A stretch of 64,000 bases of DNA from Macrostomum lignano (taxonomy: Eukaryota). Position 1 is the stretch's first letter. Every line of letters starts with the position of its first letter. Shown piece after piece: positions 37,321-49,894 of the stretch. The stretch is from assembly GCA_002269645.1 (NCBI GenBank), contig NIVC01000001.1, forward strand, positions 186,001 to 250,000, read 5' to 3'. The notes under the pieces were generated by a model. It made no database searches and had not been told where the DNA came from. It was given only the letters and a program-made list of their open reading frames with translations. The position numbers were made by a program, and so were the translations under genes.

Positions 37321-39588
37321 CAGGCATTTTGGTGACAGTTAGGCTAATTTTGGCGACATGGAAAATGGTGACTTCGGTGACAAGCAATGTTAAATTCGGC
37401 AAAAAGTTTCTCTTTCACTTTCACAAATCACTATCTATGGCTATTTATTTAGTCTTTTTATTATATTCTTACTAACATAACGTATAGTCAGAATGATGTA
37501 CATTATGTCAGAAATTTCCGGTGTACAATTGAAAATTTTACTTTTTTGGTGTACAATTGGCATAAAAAATGAGGCAAAATATATTTGGTGTACTTTTTGG
37601 CGTGACGCTGTGGTGTAAATACACCAAGCAGCATACGCCACGTATATGCGCAACAGTTGGCCAAGTCGGCCGATCCAGCTGACCGATTTGGCGGCCAACC
37701 AAGGAAGTCGCAAAAATGCCCACCCGAAAAATACCAAAGTAGTAGTACTAAGTAGCTGACAAGGCATTTTGACTTAATAAGACAATAAGACAGTCATAGT
37801 TACTCCTGCCGTTTACCCCATGTTGCATTAATTTTGCGTTAGGGTTTTTCTACATGTAAGTTGCATTTTTGGCCAAAAACTGTCGCATTTTTGTTAAAAC
37901 TAAGTTGCATGGCCGACCAAATTTTGGAGGTAGTGCATGTATGATACGCCAACTCCAACCTTCACGCCAAAGTTAATATTAACAATTGTTGGCATAATGC
38001 TATAACCTCAGAATCTTATTATAAAATCATAAAAACTGTAAAACTGTAAGATGAAAGTTCAAAACTATTCGTGATTTATAAAAATTTAAAATTCCACACA
38101 AACTAATCGTGTTAATTTTCTAAAAAAAACTTAAGCAAAAATTGATTTTTGTTGGAATTATCTGTAAGCCAATTTACTTTAAATGAAAACGACACATTTG
38201 TTAAATTTTTATTATTAAAAAATATGTAACACGCAAAAAAGGTCATTTATTGTCGCAAAGCCTAGAAAACCTGGCTTAAGTTCCTAGGACCTTGGCGTAT
38301 GTTTCAGTATGAAGTGGCATAGATTTTTTAGGGGACTTTTTATTCCGGCGTATACCATGACATGATCCTGACTATGGAACATAACCAATGCATCTATATC
38401 CTACTATAACCACCTACAGCCTATGAAATACTTTCACTTTTTGTTAAATCTAATGAACACGTGTGCTCTGACAAGCAATCCTGTGACGTGCTGATTGTTT
38501 GTCAGGATAAAAAGCTTTGATAAATATCCTCACTCTGACTTTATACCCACCAACCTGAAGAGACCGACCAAGTGTATGAGTGAGCCCCACCACCAAGGCA
38601 GCTTTGTCACAGTACAATCTGCAACTCCGATCCTATGAGAACATTTACATATACTGTGGTTTCCGTGTTTATTGAATCAAAATTTCAATTTATTGTATAG
38701 TTACATCTTAAGTACCATGCATGCAAAATACAAATGTTTCACGTAATTTGTTGTAAAATGTAGTACGTGGCTATACCACAAAGCTAAAATTCACAAAGTT
38801 AAAATACTCGACATTAAGACATGACTGTGTGGAGATAAACACGCATTAAAAGAGTGCAGTCTCAGTTTTGAAAGGAAAAGTTAGCATAAGATTCACCCCA
38901 AAAAGAACAAACAGCATTGCATTATGCTAAAAGCATTAAAGGGCATTTAGCCATAGAACATTTAGCCAACTGCAAGCTTCCAGCAGTGCTTCCTCAGATC
39001 ACAGTTCTTCAGAAAATTCTTGTCAAAGCTTTTAAAAAATGGCTTTTTGCCTACGACGCAAGTGCACTAGCAACAACGCTGGTCACCCTGCCTGACGAGG
39101 CAGGCATCCAGAATGGCCTGATGAGCTTCATTATGCAAATCAAGCTTTTAGGAATCCTGGTGCGATGAAAGTGTCACACAACTCAAAATCTGCACTATAC
39201 TGGAGATTTATACTGCGCCAGAGAAATGGCTGCATTTCCAGTCAAGCAAGTTTGGTGATGCCAAAAGTTGCATCTATCACACAGGACTCCCTGTTGACAC
39301 TCGGACTTTAAACCTGCACAATGTGCACACTTCCATGATAATGGTTGCAGTTTTGCGGTCAGGGGTGGGTAAGGGCATTGCATCATTCGTGCGGCTTTTG
39401 GGTCTACAGTTTTCAATGACAACTGCATTGACTTTGACTTAGATTGAGTTAAAATGCTCTTGGAAACACAGTTGTACTCAGACAATAAGCATTGTTGACA
39501 AAATGTACTTGTTGCCAAATTTAATATTGCTTGTTGCCGAAGTCACAATTTTTCATGTCGCTGAAATCAACTATCGCCAAAAAGCCTG
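37321..39588. mobile_element. Old DNA transposon candidate with diverged TIRs of about 90 bp and an internal PHD-like fragment
   Basis: 37321-37410 and 39505-39588 are imperfect inverted repeats (CAGGC...GCCTG); minus ORF 39195-39518 has CAHC...LCDRCNFWHHQTC; no TSD seen. Confidence 0.5.
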
Positions 39589-40740
39589 GCACCCAGAGCA
39601 ATTACTAGGGGTAAACTTCTCTCTTAAAATTCTTACCAAAGTTGTGAAAAGGCTTCTCCTCTGTCTCTACAAATGTCCTATTGCTGCCACCAAGACTTCT
39701 ATTATAAAATTATTATTCTAGAACAAGTCTGAATAATATTGTTTATATAGGACTGGCTATTTGTCTGAGTATTTATCTAAGCATAGATCTAAGTATTTGT
39801 CTAAGAATTATTCTAAGTATTGATCTAAATATTAGTTACACAAAATAGGTAGCATTTTTACTGTTATTCTAATAGCATTTTACTATTATTTTGGTAGCAT
39901 TTTTACTGTTATTCTGGCTTGAGCTATATATTCTACTAGTATATATATTGCAAGTATTTCTGGTCCTAGGCATTTACTGAGATCAGAGGGTCATAGCCTC
40001 CTATACTTTATATGTATTGTTAGGATCTACTTTGTATTCTTCTACTTAACACTTCTGCTTCTCACTAGTGTATATGGTATATAGTCCTACTTTACTTCAC
40101 TAGAAAATGAAGTAACTTAGGAAATCAATCTTCAATTATATTTACTTGGAACAATTATTATTAACTGGTAACTTCTTTCTTATCAAACCACAATGGGCAA
40201 GGTTTGATTCAAAGCTCAAATGAAAGTATGCTTCTCTTTGTCCCAAATTTGTTTCTATCTATACTAAAATTTCAGTTCATTTATAACAAAAAATAAAGTG
40301 CAAACATATTTTGAAAAATACAGTTATTACAACAAAATGTTTTCTAAGAAACATATAGATTTCAAAATGGCATAGAAAGTTAGATTTTTGCATATAAATA
40401 AAGAATAGAAAGAGGCCTTCCACATTTACTATATTATTGTGAATGATTTAAAAAACTATTGCCATTGATTTTTATATATTATTAAAAGTTACAAGAAATT
40501 AATAAGATCTAGATATAGATCAGCTATGGAAAAAAATAGATAGGGGGCCTATAGCTGTCAATATAGATATGATAAAATTGGTTAGGCCTACTATTGATAT
40601 TTGTATTTGTAGTGGTACAAAATGCCTATTTATTGACCAAATCAGAATTGTACACCCTAATCCTTATTGTCATGTTTTTATGGTGAATTTTATAGTTTTT
40701 ATTTGCTTTAACTAAAGAAATACAAATCTGTTGCTAAATA

Positions 40741-43700
40741 ATGGCTCATAATCCTAGTCAGCAGCCTGATGTCCCAAAAACTGAACTTGAAGAGATTCAA
40801 ATGGTTATGAACCAGAAAACTGATGAGGTGAGTTGATGCGTACTATTTATTTCTTGTTATGCAAATTCTTTATGCTAAGTCAACATCAATATTTATGTTC
40901 ATGTATACATGTAAAGCTTACAACTACTTGATGTCTTCATGTCTTTTTCCTAACTTCCTTTTTATATAGACAGTAGGAATATCTACTAGTATATATCGTA
41001 ATAGACTTTTTTGCTAGTGTTTGTCATGTTCATGAATTTTTCATATTATTGTACTGTTAGTAGTCAATATATATTTATCTCTTTTTTGTGCTTAGTAGTA
41101 ATAAAAATCAAATTTTACAGAAATCATCCTCTTTTAACCTTAATAGCTTGTAATATAGTTCGCCTGTGTTTGTCTTTGAATTTGAGAAAGAATTTAATCC
41201 TCTCTGTTTTGAACTTTTAGTTTGTAAAATTTTACATACATTAGTCATAAGGAATGAATATATATAAGAAAGATCTTTCATTGGTTGAGAAGTGAGAATG
41301 TCGACTTTGGGGTCTCAACCAATACCTTTAGTAGGCCTGGCTTGTTTCCCCATAAAATATACTCAAAACACAGAATTTTATGAATGCTGACTTATCAGAT
41401 AATTTAGTAGAGGCCTACAGTGTGTAATGTCTGTGCCTAGTGCTAGCGGAGTTATTGCTGATTCTGCCCAATGGCTACTGGACGCCAAAGGAGAGCCGCA
41501 ACCCCTAACCGAAGCCGAAGAGCTGCTGCTAGATGTTGATGGGTGCCAGAGAGTTGTAAGAATGACTGTGCTGTTGTGCTTGTGTCCATCTGTGCGTTTG
41601 TGTTCATCTGTGCTATCTGTCCATCTATGCTGTTGTGCTTGTGCGCATCTGTGCGTCTGTGTCCATCTGTGCTATCTGTCCATCTATGCTGTTGTGCTTG
41701 TGCCCATCTGTGCGTCTGTGTCCATCTGTGCTATCTGTCCATCTATGCTGTTGTGCTTGTGCCCATCTGTGCGTCTGTGTCCATCTGTGCTGTTATGCTT
41801 GTGCGCATCTGTGCGTCTGTGCCCATCTGTGCTGTTGTGCTTGTGCCCATCTGTGCGTCTGTGCCCATCTGTGCTATCTGTCCATCTATGCTGTTGTGCT
41901 TGTGCGCATCTGTGCGTCTGTGTCCATCTGTGCTGTTATGCTTGTGCGCATCTGTGCGTCTGTGCCCATCTGTGCTATCTGTCCATCTATGCTGTTGTGC
42001 TTGTGCCCATCTGTGCGTCTGTGTTCATCTGTGCTATCTGTTCATCTATGCTGTTGCGCTGTCTGTTTATCTGTTCTGTTGCGCTGTCTGTTCATCTGTG
42101 CTGTTGCGCTGTCTGTTCATCTGTGCTGTTGCAAAAGTATAGGCATTAAATTTTTTAAAATTTTGTTCCGATTTCAGTATTACGAACTAAGCTTAACCTT
42201 CAATTTTTGTAGTTTGTAACTACATCGCTTTCGCTTTATCATTACAGTCTCTGGAGTCTACTCGGCGCATGGTTACCCTCTGCGAAGAGGTGAGCATTTT
42301 TGCTGTTTTTTTTTCTGTTCGTGCTTGGCTTAACGTATTCTTCTTAAGCCTCTTAATTTAGCAATTATTGACTCTAACTTTCACTTAGTTAAATATAAAT
42401 TTTTAATAACTAATTTGTTTTCTTTGCCGTGCCGAATATTCATAGTGAATGATTTTATAAATTCAGCAATGCTATATATGCTACGAGCTACAAATATAGA
42501 TTTAAAAAGTTAAAATTATATCCTTAGTAAAACTGCGTTTCTACTTCCAGTTCAGTAGCAAAGAAGAATACATAAGCTATTTTATAAAAATTAAAGCAGC
42601 TGAAATGGCTTTAAATGTTTAAAAGTCAAGAGCTTGCAGTCGTAAACAACTTGCTAATTGATTTAGCCATATGTACATTAGCCAGCGTCACTGAAATGTA
42701 CATGGCAGCTGAGACTGGAATGCCCAGAAAGGCAATAAAAATGGGCGGCGGGCGGAGGTAGAGGTTCTGTGTGGAAAGGCGCAATTAGACGGTTTCAGCT
42801 TAGGGGGTTAAGAGCCAATGAATGAGCCTCGTCTTAAAAAAACATTAAAATTTTTGTTTAACTTGCTACCAGAGTAAATAGTCAAGGCTGCTAAATTGAC
42901 TTTGATAAGTTAGAAGCCCAAGCTTGCAGGCGTAAACAGTTTGCTAATTGGTTCAGCAGTAATGTACATTAGCCAGTCCACTGAAATGTACATAGCAGCT
43001 TTAGGCTGAAAATTCCGAGAAAGGCAATAAAAAATGGGGGGTGGGGGTAGTGTGGAAGGGGAGGCTTCACAAGCGCTAATTTTCATAAGCGCTAACTCAC
43101 CTACTTTCACAAGCGCTAAATTTCACAAACGCTAAACTTCATAACCGCTAACTCACTTACTTTCACAAGCGCTAAACTTCATAATAGCTACAAATTCGCC
43201 ACCTACTTTCACAAACGCTAAATTTCACAAGCGCTAAACTTCAGAATAGCAAAACCACTTACTTTCACAAGCGCTAAACTTCACATTAGCTACGAATTTG
43301 TCACCTACTTTCACAAGCGCTAAACTTCACAAACGCTAAACTTCACAACCGCTAAAACACAAATGTCGCCTACTTTCACAAGCGCTAAACTTCACAAACG
43401 CTAAAACACAAATGTCGCCTACTTTCACAAGCGCTAAACTTCACAAACGCTAACCTTTACAATCCCCAAAACACGAATGTCGGTTTCTTTTACAAGCGCT
43501 AAAATGTTAATTTACTATATATACTAATATACTAATACTAATATACTATACTAATATACTAATATACTATTTTAGCGCTTGTGAAGTTTAGCGCTTGTGA
43601 AAGTAGCCGACATTCGTATTTTAGCGGTTTTTAACGTTTAGCGTTTGTGAAGTTTAGCGCTTGTGAAGTTTAGCGCTTGTGAAAGTAGGCGGCAAATTTT

Positions 43701-46700
43701 TAGCTATTATGAAGTTTAGCGCTTGTGAAAATTAGCGCTTGTGAAAGCGACCCGTGTGGAAAAGCGCGGTTGGAGGGTTTAAGCGGGGGGGGGTATAAGC
43801 CAATAAATGAGCCTTGGCTTTAAAAATACATTAAAATGGTTCTGTTTAACTTACTACTGAACTGAAAGTAGCTTACACGCAAATGTGCTGAGTGGCCTAT
43901 CTAGTTATTCTAGTTTATAAGACAAAGGAATGATAGGTTTCATAGGTAAGTCCCCCCTGACTTCTCCCTGTTTCCTTCAATATTGAGTTGGATTTCCTAA
44001 TAAATATCATTTATTATACGAGTATGATTGCAGTTAACACGGTTTACTCTGGTACCCAATAGCACAATGTTTTACACTGCCAGCATTCTATTTACTCTGT
44101 GCTATTACATTAGATTTGAATTGCAGCAGAGTTATCAGTTATAATATTCAGTACACGTATTTTTTGACTCTCAGGCTAAAGAGGCGGGCATATCCACTCT
44201 TGTCATGCTAGACGATCAGGGCGGTGAGTATGTAATAATAAACCTAAATCTAGCATAGCGCAACTATGAAATCGGATGTGTTGCCAATTATTTGTTAATT
44301 ATTTTTTAATGTTTTTTTAATGCCAGCGAAAATTGCATTCGATTGATTTGAAGGGGGAGGTTCATTCGGGTGATTTTTCAATTTTGTGCGCGTTTTTTTG
44401 TTTTTTGTGCAAGGTTGGTGCTGTCATTATAGGAGCTACTGGGTGAATCAATGAGTCTGTTAGTATTAAGCAGGAGTCGGCAAACTCTTCTCCATCCGGC
44501 CCTTGGATCCTTTAAAACTTCACAATAGCAATCCGACCCGCTAATCTCCTCTCTCCCCTCGTCTCTCCTCTCATCTTCTCACCCACCCCGTCTTTTCTTT
44601 CCTCTCTCATCTTGCCCGCAGCTATTAGCTAAGTGTCTACCAGGCTCTTAAGGTAAAAAAGGTTTGCCGACTCCTGTTAAAGAGTTTATATGGTGGTATT
44701 TATCTGAAATTTAAGCGCAGTAGATCTTATTCCCTGCTTGTAGTCTACTGGTCATGCGTTTATGCGTCAGCATAATGCATCAATTTGTGTGTTAATTTAA
44801 TTATAGTTGATGGATAAACGTTGGATTATCCTTCTTGATTTTTGTTATAATCTTGTCAGCCTCCGCCCCTCTGAGCTGCCTGCTTTTTGCGCGGTGTCTT
44901 GTTGCTTTCCTGCCGTTAGTCTTGTGCTTATTAACAGTTATAATCCCTTTCATTCGAATGAGTTGCGCTTATTAGCAATATAATGGGGTAGACAGGTGAC
45001 CTTACGGATACTTAAACTCGATGATTGGGTTCATAAGGCCTAAATTTCGTATCGCAAAAAAATTCAAGCATCCACCTTTAGGGAACTTTTATTTAATCCA
45101 ATGCCCCTGACTGGGGGCCAGAGAGAAGAGAGAGAATATCTAAGGAGAAGATAGGAGCGAGCATAGGGGAGAGGAGACAGGAGAAAGGAGAGAAGACAGG
45201 AGAGAGGAGAGATGGGAGAAGGGAGAGGAGAGAAGGGAGAAGGGAGAGGAGAGGAGTGGAGAGATGGGAGAAGGGAGAGGAGAGATAGGAGAAGGGAGAG
45301 GAGAGATGGAAGAAGGGAGAGGAGAGATAGGAGAAGGGAGAGGAGAGATGGAAGAAGGGAGAGGAGAGATGGGAGAAGGGAGAGGAGAGATAGGAGAAGG
45401 GAGAGGAGAGATGGAAGAAGGGAGAGGAGAGATGGGAGAAGGGAGAGGAGAGATGGGAGAAGGGAGAGGAGAGATGGGAGAAGGGAGAGGAGAGATGGAA
45501 GAAGGGAAAGGAGAGATGGGAGAAGGGAGAGGAGAGATGGGAGAAGGGAGAGGAGAGATGGGAGAAGGGAGAGGAGAGATGGGAGAAGGGAGAGGAGAGA
45601 TTGGAGAAGGGAGAGGAGAGATGGGAGGGAGAGGAGAGATGGGAGATAGGAGAAGGGAGAGGAGGGATAGGAGAAGGGAGATGAGAGATAGGAGAAGGGA
45701 GAGGAGATTAGAGAGAAGAGAGCTGGGAAGAGACAAACCTTTATTGCTATTGTCAAGTTTCAAAGGACCCGAATGACGGATAGGAAAGTTTCGCTTGTCG
45801 CGGTTTTGCTGAGCCTTGTTTAATGCGATGCAAAAATTACGTCTTATGAACTTTTAGGTCTTATGAAGTTATCAAGCGCCCTCTTTGACTGACAGACAGG
45901 TATTCGCTAATCCATCTTGATTAATATCTTTGCTTATTAATAATTGACATGATGGCTATCTATTTAATTTTAAATAAAGACTTTATTGATTCATCATTTA
46001 GGCTAGAGAGTCTGGACTTCAAGCAATTGTAATGCTTGATGATCAAGGAGGTTTGTTTGATATTTTTTCTTCTAAATACTAAAAGTCAGGGTCGTGAAAT
46101 TCTACTAAAATTTAATTAACAAAATATTGATTAGGCTTAAATCAGGGTGTGTTTTGGTACTAAATTTGAAGAATGCCAGCTGTTGTCTTTGTTGCTTTGA
46201 GTCTTTATTCGGCTTATATTCTCATAATTATCATATTCGGTAGCGAGATGCACCACAGGTTTACTTGGGTTATTGATGCGCATAATTAGATATTCAGTAG
46301 GTTATTGCAACCCAAGTTTATCACCTGTAATAAATCCATTGATTAACAGAGCAACTGGACCGCATCGAGGAGGGCATGGACCACATTAATCAGGACATGA
46401 AAGATGCCGAGAAGAATCTGGACGATCTTAACAAGTGCTGCGGACTCTGCATCCTGCCTTGGAATAAGTGAGTTGTTGCTCAACTTTCTGTTCCCCAACC
46501 TGTGTGTTCCCCAACCTGTGTTCCCCAACCTGTGTGTTCCCCAACCTGTGTGTTCCCCATCCTTTGTGTTCCCCAACCTGTGTGTTCCCCATCCTTTGTG
46601 TTCCCCAACCTGTGTGTTCCCCAACCTGTGTTCCCCAACCTGTGTGTTCCCCAACCTGTGTGTTCCCCATCCTTTGTGTTCCCCAACCTGTGTGTTCCCC

Positions 46701-48541
46701 AACCTGTGTTCCCCAACCTGTGTGTTCCCCAACCTGTGTTCCTCAACCTGTGTTCCCCAACCTGTGTGTTACTTATTCCATTTGTACATGTATAATTTGT
46801 ATACATGCTCAAATTCATATTAGGAAGCATCTGTTTCTTCTTGCTGATGATTCTATTAATAGAAAATACGGGCCAGAAATGTAGAGTTCATGTCACGTGA
46901 TGGGGCCGAGAATTGTAGATACACTGGTAGAATTCGTGCTTGAATTATTTATCAACATTTACTTGGTCTGTGGGACAAGAAAATTATATAGAGGCTGGGA
47001 TAGAAAAATGTTGGTTTAGAGTTCCTGTGTGAGCGAGTCTGGAAGGGAAACAGGAGGCTGCATTTGTCATTTCTTCGAATCTTTATATGGATTGCCCGGC
47101 CAACCAGCTAATTACGCGCGTATCTTAGTTGGCTATTATTGGCATTAATATTATTATAACCCTAAGTAAAGTTTCTTTAGTTGGTTTAGAGACAAAGGTT
47201 TACTTATCTGCACAAGTATGCCTGTATCTAATGCCTCTGTCTGTCTTTTGTCTGTATCTAATACCTCTGTCTGTCTTGTGTCTCTATCTAATACCTCTGT
47301 CTGCCTTGTGTCTCTATCTAATACCTCTGTCTGTCTTGTGTCTCTATCTAATACCTCTGTCTGTCTTGTGTCTCTATCTAATACCTCTGTCTGTCTTGTG
47401 TCTCTATCTAATACCTCTGTCTGTCTTGTGTCTCTATCTAATACCTCTGTCTGTCTTGTGTCTCTATCTAATACCTCTGTCTGTCTTGTGTCTCTATCTA
47501 ATATCTCTGTCTGTCTTGTGTCTCTATCTAATACCTCTGTCTGTCTTGTGTCTCTATCTAATGCCTCTGTCTGTCTTGTGTCTCTATCTAATATCTCTGT
47601 CTGTCTTGTGTCTCTATTTAATGCCTCTGTCTGTCTCGTGTCTCTATCTAATGCCTCTGTCTGTCTTGTGTCTCCACCTAACGCCTCTGGCTGTCTTTTG
47701 TCTCCATCTAATATCTCTGTCTGTCTTTTGTCTCTATCTAATGCCTCTGTCTGTCTTGTGTCTCTATCTGATACATCTGTCTGTCTTGTGTCTCTATCTA
47801 ATATCTCTGTCTGTCTTTTGTCTCTATCTAATGCCTCTGTCTGTCTTGTGTCTCTATCTAATATCTCTGTCTGTCTTTTGTCTCTATCTAATGGCTCTGT
47901 CTGTCTTGTGTCTCTATCTAATGCCTCTGTCTGTCTTGTGTCTCTATCTAATGCCTCTGTCTTGTGTCTCTATCTAATACCTCTGTCTGTCTTGTGTCTC
48001 TATCTAATGCCTCTGTCTGTTGCTAATGTTTGTTTTCTTTGCCGACTCCAACCTCTCTTTTAGTTTCAATATGCTAATCGCAATAAATCATCTTCCTACT
48101 CAGAGCCGGCAAAGGCAGTTTCGACAAGAACTTCAAAAAAGACGAGGATGGCACAGTTAACACTAGCGGGCCGCGCGTTGTTATGGACCAGAACGGCATG
48201 GCGCATCAGGGCGGCTACGTGACTAGGCGAGTATCTGCTGCCAGCTGTGCTTTGCTGCGCTTACCCTACTTTAACTGTTTTAACTTAGTTTTGCATCTTC
48301 AATGCAACTGCAGGATCACCAAGGACGCCAGAGAGGACGAGATGGACAATAATCTGCAGGATGTCAGCACCATGGTTGGCAACCTGCGCAATATGGCCAT
48401 CGATATGGGCAGCGAGATTGAATCGCAGAACAGGCAACTCGACCGCATTAAGGATAAGGTGAGCTTCAGTATTGGCCTCTGTCTTTCATTCGTAGTGCCT
48501 CTCTGTCTTTCGTTGTCTTAGTGTCTGTCTGTCTGTCTATC

Positions 48542-48574
<33 letters not shown>

Positions 48575-48615
48575 ATGTCTGTCTGTCTGTCTGTCTGTCT
48601 ATCTGTCTGTCTTAG

Positions 48616-48712
<97 letters not shown>

Positions 48713-48827
48713 TGTCTTTCTGTTCGTTTGTCTGTCAGTTTCTGTCTACCACAGTATTTTCTACCATAGTGTCTGTCCGTCTCCTTAAAGTATCCGCCAG
48801 CCTGTCTGCCAGAGTGTTTATCTGCCC

Positions 48828-48895
<68 letters not shown>

Positions 48896-48910
48896 GTCTG
48901 TCTTAGTGCC

Positions 48911-48955
<45 letters not shown>

Positions 48956-48972
48956 CTCTGTCTGTCTATCTC

Positions 48973-49007
<35 letters not shown>

Positions 49008-49279
49008 TTCTGTTCGTTTGTCTGTCAGTTTCTGTCTACCACAGTATTTTCTACCATAGTGTCTGTCCGTCTCCTTAAAGTATCCGCCAGCCTGTCTGCC
49101 AGAGTGTTTATCTGCCCGTCTGGCTGCCTGTCTGTTTTGCTTGTGTCTGTGACCTGTAAACTTCCCTCTGGTCTAACAGAATTTAATAGAATTTGAATTT
49201 TCTCCCTTAACTACAGGGCGACTCTAACCAGACCCGTATTGAAGAGGCCAACAAGCGGGCCAACAAGATGCTGAAATGA
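40741..49279 (+). CDS. SNAP25: SNAP-25 (Qbc SNARE), 208 aa
   Basis: Exons 40741-40827, 42248-42289, 44175-44223 or 46002-46050, 46350-46467, 48104-48226, 48314-48458 and 49217-49279 give 627 nt in frame: [61 protein letters not shown]. Confidence 0.96.
41427..41555 (+). CDS. SNAP25: Probable alternative first coding exon (1b) of SNAP-25
   Basis: ATG 41427, 43 codons, phase-0 donor GTT|GTAAGA; its end [18 protein letters not shown] aligns without gaps to exon 1a [18 protein letters not shown]. Confidence 0.68.
41565..42130. repeat. TG-rich complex minisatellite directly after the exon 1b donor
   Basis: Repeats of TGTGCT/TTGTGCCCATC/TGTGCGTC; source of the Cys/Val-rich ORFs. Confidence 0.9.
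43059..43753. mobile_element. Foldback MITE (family 2) in a SNAP-25 intron
   Basis: Arms of (T)TTCACAAGCGCTAAAC subrepeats inverted about a (TATACTAA)n core; ends GGGAGGC...GCGACCC; TSD GTGTGGAAG/GTGTGGAAA; it interrupts the second copy of a local duplication (about 42641-42885 vs 42932-43870). Confidence 0.85.
44175..44223 (+). CDS. SNAP25: SNAP-25 exon 3a ([16 protein letters not shown])
   Basis: 49 bp, TCAG| acceptor and |GTGAGT donor. Confidence 0.92.
44471..44676. mobile_element. hAT-like MITE
   Basis: Perfect 15-bp TIR CAGGAGTCGGCAAAC / GTTTGCCGACTCCTG; no clean TSD. Confidence 0.65.
45170..45720. repeat. 21-bp purine minisatellite between exons 3a and 3b
   Basis: Unit GAGAAGGGAGAGGAGAGATGG. 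Confidence 0.95.
46002..46050 (+). CDS. SNAP25: SNAP-25 exon 3b ([16 protein letters not shown])
   Basis: 49 bp, TTTAG| acceptor and |GTTTGT donor, same phases as 3a, no stop. Confidence 0.88.
46488..46770. repeat. 14-16-bp minisatellite after the SNAP-25 exon 4 donor
   Basis: Unit CCCCAACCTGT(GT)GTT. Confidence 0.93.
47215..48020. repeat. 30-bp minisatellite before the SNAP-25 exon 5 acceptor
   Basis: Unit TCTCTATCTAATACCTCTGTCTGTCTTGTG. Confidence 0.95.
48500..49150. repeat. (TGTC)n microsatellite with an internal duplicated block
   Basis: TGTC runs; block 48715-48830 recurs at about 49005-49125. Confidence 0.92.
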
Positions 49280-49894
49280 GCTAAATAATCAGCCTACTGT
49301 GGACTACATTGCGTCTTAAACTGTTTTATTTTATATCCTTGAGGTGTCGGATTCGCAGCCGTTATTACGCTGCTCTGTTGTTACTGTTTGGTGCAAGGAA
49401 TATAACTATAAGGTCAACCTACTAGCAGTAGTGCGTGCTGCATTCCACATTTATGTGAGTGCGTATCGAAGTTGGTTTTCTCTGGCGACTCTGTGCTGTA
49501 TAATTGTCATACATACCAGATTTTGTTATAATCCCCTGGTGTCAGTGCCTGGCCGTCTGCCTGCGGGCGGCATAAAAATTGTTGCATATACATATTTGTT
49601 AATTGCTTCTATTTATTCTATACAGTGGACATTGCAACGAACACAACACAGCATAATACGCATTCTGTTGCTCTACTGGTCACAGCAGCCATGTGACGTC
49701 ATTCTAAAGCCATTAATGGATTACACGAGAATTTTGCGTTTGTTGTGTTTTGCTTTTTTATATGCATATGCAGAGTCCGATGGCTTGCCGTGTTATTTTT
49801 TCAATTTTTGTATTCATATTATTAAAGTCATGTTAACACGTGTCCCCCTCCTTCCTTTATGTAGTATGGCCGTTCCCCAACCCCAGAACCCCAG

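Noticed and set aside
16244-43058. Similar TSDs for the hAT (GTGTGGGA) and MITE family 2 (GTGTGGAA)
   Set aside because: Different superfamilies and only two events; coincidence cannot be excluded.
45064-48063. Leu/Ser/Pro-, Arg/Glu- and Cys-rich ORFs inside SNAP-25
   Set aside because: All coincide with intronic minisatellites.
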